From the NCBI GenBank assembly GCA_014376805.1, contig JACMQU010000110.1, positions 259-64,258 of the forward strand: a stretch of 64,000 nucleotides of DNA, given 5' to 3'. This document shows, one piece after another, positions 53,927 through 63,700 of this stretch. Below the pieces are notes generated by a model. The model searched no databases and had not been told where the DNA came from. It saw only the letters and a list, made by a program, of their open reading frames with translations. The position numbers and the translations under genes are program-made. This stretch comes from Bacteroidia bacterium (GTDB lineage Bacteria; Bacteroidota; Bacteroidia; UKL13-3). Position 1 is the first letter of the stretch, and every line of letters starts with the position of its first letter.

Positions 53927-54445
53927 TCAGGAAATTTTATACAAAGCTGCCAGAATTTTTTTGCATCGGCTTTTTAGTCCGGGTGTACCGTATGGGAGCA
54001 GGTCTTCCAGTATCGGGATCAGTTCATTTTTTAGATCCGGTTCTTTTAAACAAATATGGTAAAGAACCATCATGCTAAATGCTTTTACTGCAATGGTTTC
54101 ATTTTTATCTGTTAAAAACTCAAAACATTTATCAGTAACAATGCCCATTAATTTATTGGGAATATTAAAATTCTGAAGTAGTCTCATTACATTGCGTTTA
54201 ACCGCTACGTGTAATGGCTTATCCAATAATTTACAGATAAAAGCCAATTGGGGTTGAACCAACCAGGGTTGAAGTTCTGCCACATAGCTAAGTGGCCATG
54301 CCGCCCTTTGTATAAGCTTTGTATTACCCAGAGCGAACACATTTAATAACTCCTTAAACCGCTCAGGATCGTCACCAATATAGGCTACTATAGCAAGTGT
54401 GTTTTTTTTTGAATGTTCCTTAGCTAAAGTATCTAGTATATACAT
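53927..54445 (-). CDS. HEAT/ARM-like helical repeat protein (possibly DNA-alkylation-repair-like)
   Basis: 172 aa, all-helical in appearance. The phrases RAAWPLSYV and AVKRNVMRLLQNF recall AlkD-like repeat proteins. This is a weak assignment. Confidence 0.35.
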   Translation of the reverse strand: MYILDTLAKEHSKKNTLAIVAYIGDDPERFKELLNVFALGNTKLIQRAAWPLSYVAELQPWLVQPQLAFICKLLDKPLHVAVKRNVMRLLQNFNIPNKLMGIVTDKCFEFLTDKNETIAVKAFSMMVLYHICLKEPDLKNELIPILEDLLPYGTPGLKSRCKKILAALYKIS

Positions 54446-54601
54446 GAGGCTAAAATAGAAATATTTTTTTTTGAAGAGATTTATTTTTTTTGCATTTCTT
54501 TAATACGAAGCAAAGTAAGAATGTAAACCGGTTTTGATATTTCATGCTTTCAAAGATCTAAACTTTTCACAATCATTTATAAATCACAAATTCTATTATT
54601 T

Positions 54602-57022
54602 TTGCGCATGGTTAAATTTCCTGAAGTTAATATTTCGCATTTTCTTTTACGTAACTTCCTTCTGATTTTATTGTTAGGTTTTATTTTTGCAAGTAATGCA
54701 ATGGCACAAACACGTTTTACCATTAGTGGTTATGTAAAAGACTCTGCAAACGGAGAAACCTTAACGGGTGCTGTGGTGCTTGTTAAAGAGGGTAAAGGTG
54801 GGGCAGCAACTAATGCTTATGGCTTTTATTCGCTAACGCTGGCAGAGGGCAGTTATCAGCTTATATATTCTTATATTGGCTTTCAAACCAAATTGGTTCA
54901 GCTAAACCTGTATAAAAATACCACGCTCAACCTGGCTTTAGCCGGTGAAGGTATTAAAGTAAAAGAGGTAGTGATAACCGCAGAACGGGAAGATAAAAAT
55001 GTTAGAAGTACAGAGATGGGTCGTATTGAAATTAGCGGTGAAAAAATAAAATCTTTGCCGGTAATATTTGGTGAACCGGATGTGTTAAAAGCGATTACTT
55101 TATTGCCGGGTATTAAAAGCGGAGGAGAGGCAAGTACCGGCTTTTATGTAAGGGGTGGCGGACCAGACCAGAACCTGATTTTAATGGATGAAGCGGTTGT
55201 TTATAACCCATCCCATTTATTCGGATTCTTATCGGTTTTCAATTCTGATGCAGTTAAAAATGTTGATATCATTAAAGGGGGGATGCCCGCAAATTATGGC
55301 GGTCGGTTATCTTCCATCCTCCATGTAAACATGCGTGAAGGCAATAACCAAAATTTTAATTATAGTGGTGGAATAGGTTTAATTTCATCCCGTTTAACGG
55401 CTGAAGGGCCCATACAAAAAGGAAAGAGCAGCTTCCTGATCTCGGGCAGAAGAACCTATATTGATATTTTGGCAAAGCCCTTTTTGCCAGACAGGATCAA
55501 AGGAAATAGTTATTATTTTTATGATCTGAACCTGAAAGCTAATTTTATTTTAAGTGATAAAGACCGATTGTTTATATCAGCATATTTTGGCAGGGATATT
55601 TTTGATTACCAGAGTGTACTAAACAGTAAGGTTAAGTTTAATTTTGGTTGGGGAAACAGCACTGCCACTTTACGCTGGAACCATGTGTTTAATTCAAAGT
55701 TATTTTGCAATACCAGTGTAATTTTTAATCGGTATGATTTATATAATGACGCAACTTTTGGAAGTGGTGGAATTAGTGTGAGAAGTAGTTTGCAGGACTG
55801 GAATATGAAAAGTGATTTCAGTTGGTTTGCCAATGATAACCACCTGGTAAAATTCGGTCTCAATTATACCTTTCATACTTTTCAGCCGGGTATTTTATCG
55901 GGCACTATAGGTTCAATAAATTTAGACGAAACCATAAACAAACAATATGCACATGAGTTTGCGGTGTACTTGATGGATGAATGGAAAATATCGCACAGAT
56001 GGTCTGTTAATTATGGAGTAAGGGCTGTTGCATTTAATCTCGTGGGCCCATACCAGCAAGAGGTTTACGATAATGATACCAAGCTCCCTACCGGGCAACA
56101 CACTCGTTTTAAAAGTGGAGAGTCCATTGCTTTTTATCCCCGGCTTGAACCCAGGTTCAGTGCTAATTACCTCCTTAATTCCAGTTCATCTGTAAAAGCA
56201 TCTTATACACAAACCTATCAGTTTTTACACCTGGCAACAACCAGTGGTGCCCAGTTCCCTATTGATTTATGGGTGCCCAGCTCCAGGTTAATTAAACCGC
56301 AATTAGCCTATCAGTATGCATTGGGTTACTTTAGAAATTTTAAACAAAACAGGTATGAAACATCGGCAGAAATCTATTATAAACCAATGTATAATCAGAT
56401 TGAATTTAAGCCGGGTGCTCAATTATTTTTTAATCAGAACCTGGAACATGAAATGGTTTTTGGAAATGGATTAAGTTATGGTATGGAATTATTTATCCGT
56501 AAAAAAACAGGAAGGCTTACAGGCTGGATAGGTTATACCTGGAGCCGCTCAACACGGCAGTTTGATGCCTTAAATAATGGTGAGCCATATTATTACAGAT
56601 ACGACAGAACCCATGATATGTCATTATTGTTGTCTTATACCATCAATAAAAAATGGTCAGCTAATTTTGTTTTTGTATATGGCACAGGGAATGCTACCAC
56701 CTTGCCCGATTCGCGCTATGCATACCGTTTCGGATATGATGCTAAAGAAAATCAACCTAAATTTACGTTCATAGATAAATATAGTAAAGTAAACTCATTC
56801 CGGCTTCCGGCTTACCATAGGGCAGATATTTCTGTTACGTATATCCGCAAAAAAACAGACAAATGGGAGAGTAGCTGGAATTTTTCAATTTATAACATTT
56901 ATAATAGGGCCAATCCATATTTTATTTATTTTAATCCGGATTTGGTTAACAAAACCGTTAATGCCTATATGGTTTATTTATTTCCGATTGTACCTTCCAT
57001 TATGTGGAACTTTAAATTTTAA
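54602..57022 (+). CDS. TonB-dependent receptor (CarboxypepD_reg type), paralogue of 7459..9801
   Basis: FTISGYVKDSANGETLTGAVVLV, DVLKAITLLPGIK, FYVRGGGPDQNLILMDEAVVYNPSH, ending NFKF. The start is uncertain (TTG 54602 or ATG 54608). Confidence 0.9.
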   Translation: MRMVKFPEVNISHFLLRNFLLILLLGFIFASNAMAQTRFTISGYVKDSANGETLTGAVVLVKEGKGGAATNAYGFYSLTLAEGSYQLIYSYIGFQTKLVQLNLYKNTTLNLALAGEGIKVKEVVITAEREDKNVRSTEMGRIEISGEKIKSLPVIFGEPDVLKAITLLPGIKSGGEASTGFYVRGGGPDQNLILMDEAVVYNPSHLFGFLSVFNSDAVKNVDIIKGGMPANYGGRLSSILHVNMREGNNQNFNYSGGIGLISSRLTAEGPIQKGKSSFLISGRRTYIDILAKPFLPDRIKGNSYYFYDLNLKANFILSDKDRLFISAYFGRDIFDYQSVLNSKVKFNFGWGNSTATLRWNHVFNSKLFCNTSVIFNRYDLYNDATFGSGGISVRSSLQDWNMKSDFSWFANDNHLVKFGLNYTFHTFQPGILSGTIGSINLDETINKQYAHEFAVYLMDEWKISHRWSVNYGVRAVAFNLVGPYQQEVYDNDTKLPTGQHTRFKSGESIAFYPRLEPRFSANYLLNSSSSVKASYTQTYQFLHLATTSGAQFPIDLWVPSSRLIKPQLAYQYALGYFRNFKQNRYETSAEIYYKPMYNQIEFKPGAQLFFNQNLEHEMVFGNGLSYGMELFIRKKTGRLTGWIGYTWSRSTRQFDALNNGEPYYYRYDRTHDMSLLLSYTINKKWSANFVFVYGTGNATTLPDSRYAYRFGYDAKENQPKFTFIDKYSKVNSFRLPAYHRADISVTYIRKKTDKWESSWNFSIYNIYNRANPYFIYFNPDLVNKTVNAYMVYLFPIVPSIMWNFKF

Positions 57023-57024
57023 AT

Positions 57025-57873
57025 ATGCGTATTAACATGTTTTTTATATCAGCATTATTTATGTGGGCTTTAGGCAGTTCATGTGAAAAGCAAATTGATA
57101 TAAAGGTACCTGCCTCAATAGAAGAAATAGTGGTAGAGGCATCTATAAATCAAAGATTTGGAAGCCTCAATTACGTGGTGATCACCAAAACAATTGATTA
57201 TTTTAAACCAGACCTGAGTTTAAATGCAGTAAGCGGTGCCACGGTATATATAACAGAAGGTAATGTTGCGGGTACCGATACTTTTTATGATGTAGCAAAC
57301 CGGAGGCAATTCATAGATCTGGCAGATACCCTATTGCCCGGTATATATATTAATCCATCATTTATGGGAAAAGCAGGTAAGCCATACTTATTAGAAATAG
57401 CGTTAAAAGACGGACGTAAAGTAAATGGTAAAACTTTTATTCCGGTTCCGGTTGTTTTTGATAGCATACATACCTGGTTTGAAAAAAATAATAAAGATAC
57501 CAATGCCTATTTTTATCTGCAATGGAAAGATGGTCCGGAGCAAAATAATTATAGGATGGCATTATGGAAAAATGTGGATTCAAATTTAACGGGTTGGGGT
57601 ATCGCCAATCGTTTTTATACCTTCGATGATGAGTTTATTAATAACACAGAACGACCGTTTCAGTCTATTAATCCTTATCGGTATGGAGATACGCTTAACA
57701 TCTATCTTTCGCAAATAGGTCGCAAAGAATTTATCTTCTGGAACTCCTTTAGAAACGCTGCAAATAATGGAGGGCCCTTTGCTACACCCGTTTCTGTAAC
57801 TTCTAATATCAATGGTGCTATAGGATCGTTTACCGGATATGGCATTGCTTATAAGCAGTTAATTTTAAGGTGA
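57025..57873 (+). CDS. DUF4249-like lipoprotein, partner of the receptor
   Basis: Lipoprotein signal (ALGSSC) and a C-terminal GAIGSFTGYG motif. Lies 2 nt after the receptor gene. Confidence 0.65.
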   Translation: MRINMFFISALFMWALGSSCEKQIDIKVPASIEEIVVEASINQRFGSLNYVVITKTIDYFKPDLSLNAVSGATVYITEGNVAGTDTFYDVANRRQFIDLADTLLPGIYINPSFMGKAGKPYLLEIALKDGRKVNGKTFIPVPVVFDSIHTWFEKNNKDTNAYFYLQWKDGPEQNNYRMALWKNVDSNLTGWGIANRFYTFDDEFINNTERPFQSINPYRYGDTLNIYLSQIGRKEFIFWNSFRNAANNGGPFATPVSVTSNINGAIGSFTGYGIAYKQLILR

Positions 57874-58042
57874 GGGAAAATTGTTACAAGTACTAATAAT
57901 CTGGCCTGATATTAAAAGTGAAAAAGTAAATTATAAAGCTGTTCATACATTTTTAATAATATGATGTTTTATGCTGCTTCACATTTACAAAAAAACACAA
58001 CAAAGCAACCAAGATCCGGTAAACCTAAGGTAATTCATTCAT

Positions 58043-58699
58043 TTAACTTACTATCTTAAAGTTAAACGCACCATTTTTTGTTGAACCAAATATCCGCAAC
58101 CAAATTGGTAGTAACATTTCAGTACCCCTTGCTGTGGTAATATCACCCAGGTCCATGATGTTTTTTTCAAGCCATCCAAAACTTTTCAGCAGTACTTTTA
58201 CTTCACTTTTAGCAGCCTCATCATTGCCACTCATAAACACATTATGATCGGCATTATTGATCATAGCAGGGTTAACCATTATTCCGCACCACATAGTATT
58301 TAACGTCTTCACGACCTTAATCTGAGGAAAATTTTTCTGTATTTCTTCACCCAGAGAATTATCGTTACAGATGGACAGGGCAGGTGGCATACCCATAGAA
58401 AAATCGAGCGCATTGGTAACATCAATCAATATTTTATTCTTCAGATTTTGTTCTCCCGCACTTTTTAAAATGTTCACAGCTTCCATACCCAGGGTGCAAT
58501 TAAAAATTATTTCACCAAGTGCTGCCGCCCCCGCAAATGTTCCTGCCAAGGCATGTGTGTTATTATGTTTATCAACAAAAGCCGTTGCTTTTTCATTGGC
58601 ACTTGTTCGCGAACCCATCATAACTTCATGTCCAAGTTCTATTAACTTTGAACCAATTGTATTGCCTACTGTGCCTGTTCCTAATACTGCTATTTTCAT
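58043..58699 (-). CDS. NAD(P)-binding oxidoreductase (NADPH-dependent F420-reductase-like family)
   Basis: Rossmann N-terminus MKIAVLGTGTVGNTIGSKLIELGHEVMMGSR. Size and layout are typical of this family. Confidence 0.7.
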   Translation of the reverse strand: MKIAVLGTGTVGNTIGSKLIELGHEVMMGSRTSANEKATAFVDKHNNTHALAGTFAGAAALGEIIFNCTLGMEAVNILKSAGEQNLKNKILIDVTNALDFSMGMPPALSICNDNSLGEEIQKNFPQIKVVKTLNTMWCGIMVNPAMINNADHNVFMSGNDEAAKSEVKVLLKSFGWLEKNIMDLGDITTARGTEMLLPIWLRIFGSTKNGAFNFKIVS

Positions 58700-58825
58700 G
58701 TTGGTATTAATTATATTTTATTGAACAAATGTATAAAAAAGCGAATAGTATAAAGTTAAGATTAGTCTATTTGTACTTTGTGAGTGAACCATTTAAATAT
58801 AAATTCATATAAATCTATATGCTGA

Positions 58826-59608
58826 TTAATGCAAGCTATTCATCCATACCGCAACAAAGGCAGCAACTTCTTCCCAGTTGTGCTGACAACAGATGTAATG
58901 TGTGCGGTCTTTAAATTGCATAAAATCCCTTCTGCTGTTTTTATCTTTATAGGCCTTGTAATTTTTCTTATTTAGAGAAGATGGAATGATTTGATCTTTT
59001 TCACCGGCAATAAACAACAATGGAGCATGTGGCAAATTAAAATCAACTTTACCTTCAGCACCTGTTGAACTGCGCGGTATATTGCGGCTTTCTGGCACTA
59101 CATATTTATCATATTCCAATTTGGTTTCATCAAGTGTCATGGTATTACAAAATGCATGGTGAAACCATTTAACCGATGGCAAACAAACCGTGTTACCTTT
59201 TAACGGGTTAATGGTAGGCAGATTTGCTTTTATAAAACTCCATTTAAAACTTGTAATGCCTTGCGGTGGTGCCGAGTTTATGCAAATACCCGCCACACCT
59301 TTGTTAATTGCTATTAGTTGCTGAACCAACAATGCACCCATTGAATGGCCAATAAGGATAGGATTTTTTTTAGGAAGCTGATCAATGTACGCGCTTAAAC
59401 CATCCAGTACATTTAACAGGCTTAGATCGCCTAAAGCGGCATGAGGCTTCTTTCTCAGGTCTGCAGGCTCACCCTTATGATATGGGTATGGTGGTACATA
59501 ACAGGTATATCCCCTTGCTTCAAAATAACGTTTCCAGGGCTCCCAGCTTTTGGGGTTCATAAATAATCCATGTATAAAAACAAGGGTCTTTGAGTTGATG
59601 GGCTGCAT
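58826..59608 (-). CDS. Alpha/beta hydrolase
   Basis: LVFIHGLF, nucleophile elbow GHSMGALL and a late-His region. 260 aa. Confidence 0.7.
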   Translation of the reverse strand: MQPINSKTLVFIHGLFMNPKSWEPWKRYFEARGYTCYVPPYPYHKGEPADLRKKPHAALGDLSLLNVLDGLSAYIDQLPKKNPILIGHSMGALLVQQLIAINKGVAGICINSAPPQGITSFKWSFIKANLPTINPLKGNTVCLPSVKWFHHAFCNTMTLDETKLEYDKYVVPESRNIPRSSTGAEGKVDFNLPHAPLLFIAGEKDQIIPSSLNKKNYKAYKDKNSRRDFMQFKDRTHYICCQHNWEEVAAFVAVWMNSLH

Positions 59609-59651
59609 GGGTTTAATAATAATTTTTGATAATATTGTTATGAACCGAAAA

Positions 59652-60128
59652 TTAAACGCGGGGATGTGTTTGTATATATTGCTTCAACAACCCCATTGTT
59701 TTCTGACGAATCTTTTGCTTCATAAACTCAGACCAGCCAAAGAGATAACCTTTCCATCCGAAAGCTTGTTGCGACCATTTCCATAAATCAAAATTATCTG
59801 TATGTTTAATAATTTTGCCCTCTTTAAATTCAAACTGTGCATCAATTTTATTCAGTACTTTTCTTCCGGTTTGTTTAAAGTTATATTCAGCTTCCCATTG
59901 CGCTGAACCTGATTTATCATCAGCCTTCACATCAGAAAAGCTGACCTTTATTTCACCCTTGCTTCTTTCAACCAGCAGGTGCCACATGTATTTTGCATCG
60001 TTGCCATTTAATACACCAAAAGCCGGATCTTCAAAACGGATATTCTCATGATAACAATTTACCATGCCTTCCGCATCGCCCTTTGAAAAGGATTGATAAA
60101 ATTTAGTGATCAATTCGCTATTGTTCAT
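59652..60128 (-). CDS. NTF2/SnoaL-like fold protein
   Basis: The N-terminus ELITKFYQSFSKGDAEGMVNCYHENIRFEDPAFG is typical of the SnoaL-like/ketosteroid-isomerase-like family. Confidence 0.6.
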   Translation of the reverse strand: MNNSELITKFYQSFSKGDAEGMVNCYHENIRFEDPAFGVLNGNDAKYMWHLLVERSKGEIKVSFSDVKADDKSGSAQWEAEYNFKQTGRKVLNKIDAQFEFKEGKIIKHTDNFDLWKWSQQAFGWKGYLFGWSEFMKQKIRQKTMGLLKQYIQTHPRV

Positions 60129-60341
60129 TCTTTGTTTTTATTAACGAATGTAAACATTCGTATTAAACAAGTGCTTATGAAATTTCATTAATTAAAAGTA
60201 GATTTAATACATAGGTATATAGAAATAGGAATGATAAAAGAAATAAAAAGGGACTGATGCTAAATCTAATTGCTCTTTTATCCTGCATGCTTAACAAAAA
60301 TTATAGAAGAGAAGAAGATCTAACAGATTACTGCACCCTTA

Positions 60342-60698
60342 TCACTTCACCTCATTTGCCGCGGCAGGCAATATATTACCTCGCAAAGCATTCAGCGCTT
60401 CGGCCTTTTCTTTCATTCTGTTTACCGCCTTAATAACCATAAATAACACAAATGCTATTATAAGAAAGTTAAGTAATGCCTGTATAAAATTTCCGTATTT
60501 TAATTCTGCTTCACCAAACTTAAAAGATAGCTTGGAGAAATTATAACCACCTGTTAAAATGCCTACAATAGGCATAATAATATCAGCTACCAGTGAGTCT
60601 ACAATCTTACTGAACGATGCGCCAATTACCACACCCACTGCAAGATCTATCACACTGCCTTTCATGGCAAATTCCCTGAATTCGGATGCTAAGCTCAT
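60342..60698 (-). CDS. mscL: Large-conductance mechanosensitive channel
   Basis: EFREFAMKGSVIDLAVGVVIGASFSKIVDSLVADIIMPIVG is the conserved MscL TM1 region. A second TM helix and a short helical tail follow. Confidence 0.9.
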   Translation of the reverse strand: MSLASEFREFAMKGSVIDLAVGVVIGASFSKIVDSLVADIIMPIVGILTGGYNFSKLSFKFGEAELKYGNFIQALLNFLIIAFVLFMVIKAVNRMKEKAEALNALRGNILPAAANEVK

Positions 60699-60752
60699 AA
60701 TTAAATTTTGTTTATAAAATCAATATTAAACTAAAATAGTTAACCACAAAAA

Positions 60753-63700
60753 TTAAAAACACCGCAGTACACCTACCTGCCATCTAAATTTAAAGTTATC
60801 GCCCTTTTCAGCGTAAGGGGCATTGCTCAGGTATAAAGGCATATCAAAACGTATAATCAGTGGTTTAGGTTCATCCAGTATGCCCCAGCGTTTTAGGGTA
60901 AATGCAAAACCTGCGCCGGCACTTGCTAACAAAGGTGTTTTTAAATTTGTAATTGTGCTTACGGCTTTACCATCAAAGGCTACTGGTTTGTTGGCTTGCA
61001 ATATTCCTGCATCCATAAAAAGATAACTGTCAATATGAAAATACTTCGCTAATCTACCACCCCGAATGGCAAAAAGTTTATCATAATCTAATTCCAAATT
61101 TACAGCGGCACCCGAATTTCCTTTAAATAAATAATACTGATCATTATTTAAGCTTACCGGTACCAGGTAACCCGCGTAACCCCTTAAATTAAGTCCGCCG
61201 CCTGTTTGTTGATGGTTAGGTGTAATACCGTATGCAAACCATTCTGCAGGCAATACTCCCGCCGCACGTGTGTATTTGTTTTCTATCATGGTCTCGGGGT
61301 TTGCACCTGCTAAATACAATTGCGATTCGGGTGCTGCATTGCTTCCTGTCATATATTGTGCAAACAGGCGCGATCTTAATTCAAACTTCCATACGTTATT
61401 ATGTTGAATCACTTCTGCAAAAGCAGAAGCATAATCAAAGTTCGAAAACAGCGCACTTGTTTTTAAGCCTACCAAGAGTTTTCCCGATCCATTTAAAGCT
61501 GTATAACTGTGTTCTATTTCCATATTAATGGTATTGTTCCATTGATCATAAGAAGAAATATTCGGATAAAAATCTGCTCCGGGAATAGAGATTAACTGGT
61601 ATGCCGGCAAATAATACAATTGCACCCTGCGCATGCTTTTTGCATAGATACGGTAAATGGTATTTTGATGTGTTTTTTCAATGCCAATCCGGTTCAAAAA
61701 GATACCATCTAATAAACGCGATTGCAGGTTTATATCCGTAAATTTTGCAAAGCGGTGCTTATATAATGTGTTATAATGAATAGGGTAAACTGCTTGACTT
61801 TGCTTATAAGTTTCGGTATTATAATTGGTTAGCACACCGGTATTATACCATACAGTAATATTAAATACCTGTTTTTGGTTCATGTAATTTCCATTCACAT
61901 GCAAGCCGGCTTTTATTCCATCATAATTATTATACCAAACATCAGGGCGCCACTTTAAAATATAATGTCTGCGATCAATCGGGTTAACAATGTTGTGATC
62001 AAAAGTAAACAGCACAGGGCACTTTAAACTGTTGTTTAACTGGTTAATATCTGCCAACCGGTAAGTTGGGTCAATCACTATATTTTTTATGTCTTTATTA
62101 AAAGCAATCTGAGTGGTATAGGTTGGGTTCAACATGCCCCAGCCTTTCCATAAGGGTAATACAATTGTACCCGTGTTTTTGGCAAAATAAGTGTTGGGTA
62201 TACTATAAGATTGTGTTGAACCATCTTTGGCAATCACATCAAAATCAACAGGCATTTGCATGCTCCCTTTGCGGTAAAAACTAAGCTCAACCGTATCTTT
62301 GTTAATGCGTTTAACTTTGCCTAATCCATAATCAATTCGTTTGGTTGTTTCCAGCCATTCATCAAAGAACCAGTTTAAATCAACATGCGTATATTGAATG
62401 ATGCTGCTTCTGAAATCTTCAAAATAGGGATGGCACATTTTCCATTGATTAAAGTAATGTTGCATGGCTTTTAAAAACAATTCATCTCCCAAAACATATT
62501 GTAAATTATATAACATGGTAGCCGTTTTATAATATACATGTCCATACCCGCCACCATGATTTAATGCACCGTTAAAATCATCGCTGTGCGTGTTTAACTG
62601 TATGTCGTTCTGGTTAATGGCGTCTCTCAGGTAGCCGGTCATTACGGTTTGATCCAACAACGGCATCGGACGGTAATACTTACTGATATAAGAAGTTTTT
62701 TTCAGCATATTTTTTGGTTCAGCCGTAAGTCTGCTCATGCTCCAATGGGTAAGAAACTGTGTGAAGCCTTCATCTAAACTGGCACGATAGGTTTCATTAT
62801 TTCCAACCATACCAAAGAACCAGTTATGTCCAACCTCATGCGCAAACAAGCCATAATAGCCCGGACTTCTACCGCCATCAAGGGTAAGCATCGGATACTC
62901 CATACCATCGCGTGCATCGGCACACACCATTTTTGGGTAAGCATACGCACCAATGTCATTACTGTACAGGGCAATTATTTTGGAAGTGAACAATGCAGCA
63001 TCCTGCCATCCACTGGCATGTGGCTCCTGCACCACAGCAATGCAACGAACCTTTTTGTTCGGGTTGGCCGGAAGGTCTAATACAACTTCACTATAACGAT
63101 AAGTAGGATCACAGGTCCATGCAAAATCGTGGGTGTTTACAGCGCGGTATTTCCATGTTTTATAAGTGCCATTGGGTTCAATGATTACGCTTGCTTTTTC
63201 ATCCCAGGGTTTTTTTTCAAAGTTTTTTAAATCAAGTTTTGCCCTCAGGTCAGCAGGCAGTACCTCTTGTTCATTTTGCAGTTCGCCTGTTGCCTCCATC
63301 AGGTAGTTGTTTGGAAGGGTAAGAGAAACATCAAACTGGCCAAAATCTCCGTAAAATTCTTTACCCAGGTGCTGATCTGTTTCCCAGCCAAATTTATGAT
63401 CGTACACACAAATGCGGGGATACCAGTGCACCACATCATATTGCTTGTTACCGGCGGCATCTTTAAATAGTTTCATTCTTCTTCTCTGGTTACCGCCGTC
63501 GTCAAAATATGTTTTAAACTGTATGGTAATTTCGCATGATGAATTAGGAAGGAGTGGGGTAATTAAATTCACCTTCATGATAGAATAATCAATTTCAAAA
63601 ACCTTTTTACCACCAATGCTACTTACGCCCTGCATGGAAGGTAAATTTATACCATTTATATTTTTGATCTCTATGTTTAATATCTCAGTGCCTTTGCCAT

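Noticed and set aside
54597-54604. Exact TAnnTTTG box (TATTTTTG) just before the receptor gene at 54602/54608.
   Set aside because: It overlaps the TTG and ends 3 nt before the ATG candidate start. If it were the -7 element, the transcript would begin inside the coding region. The true promoter or start codon is therefore unresolved, and I did not call it.
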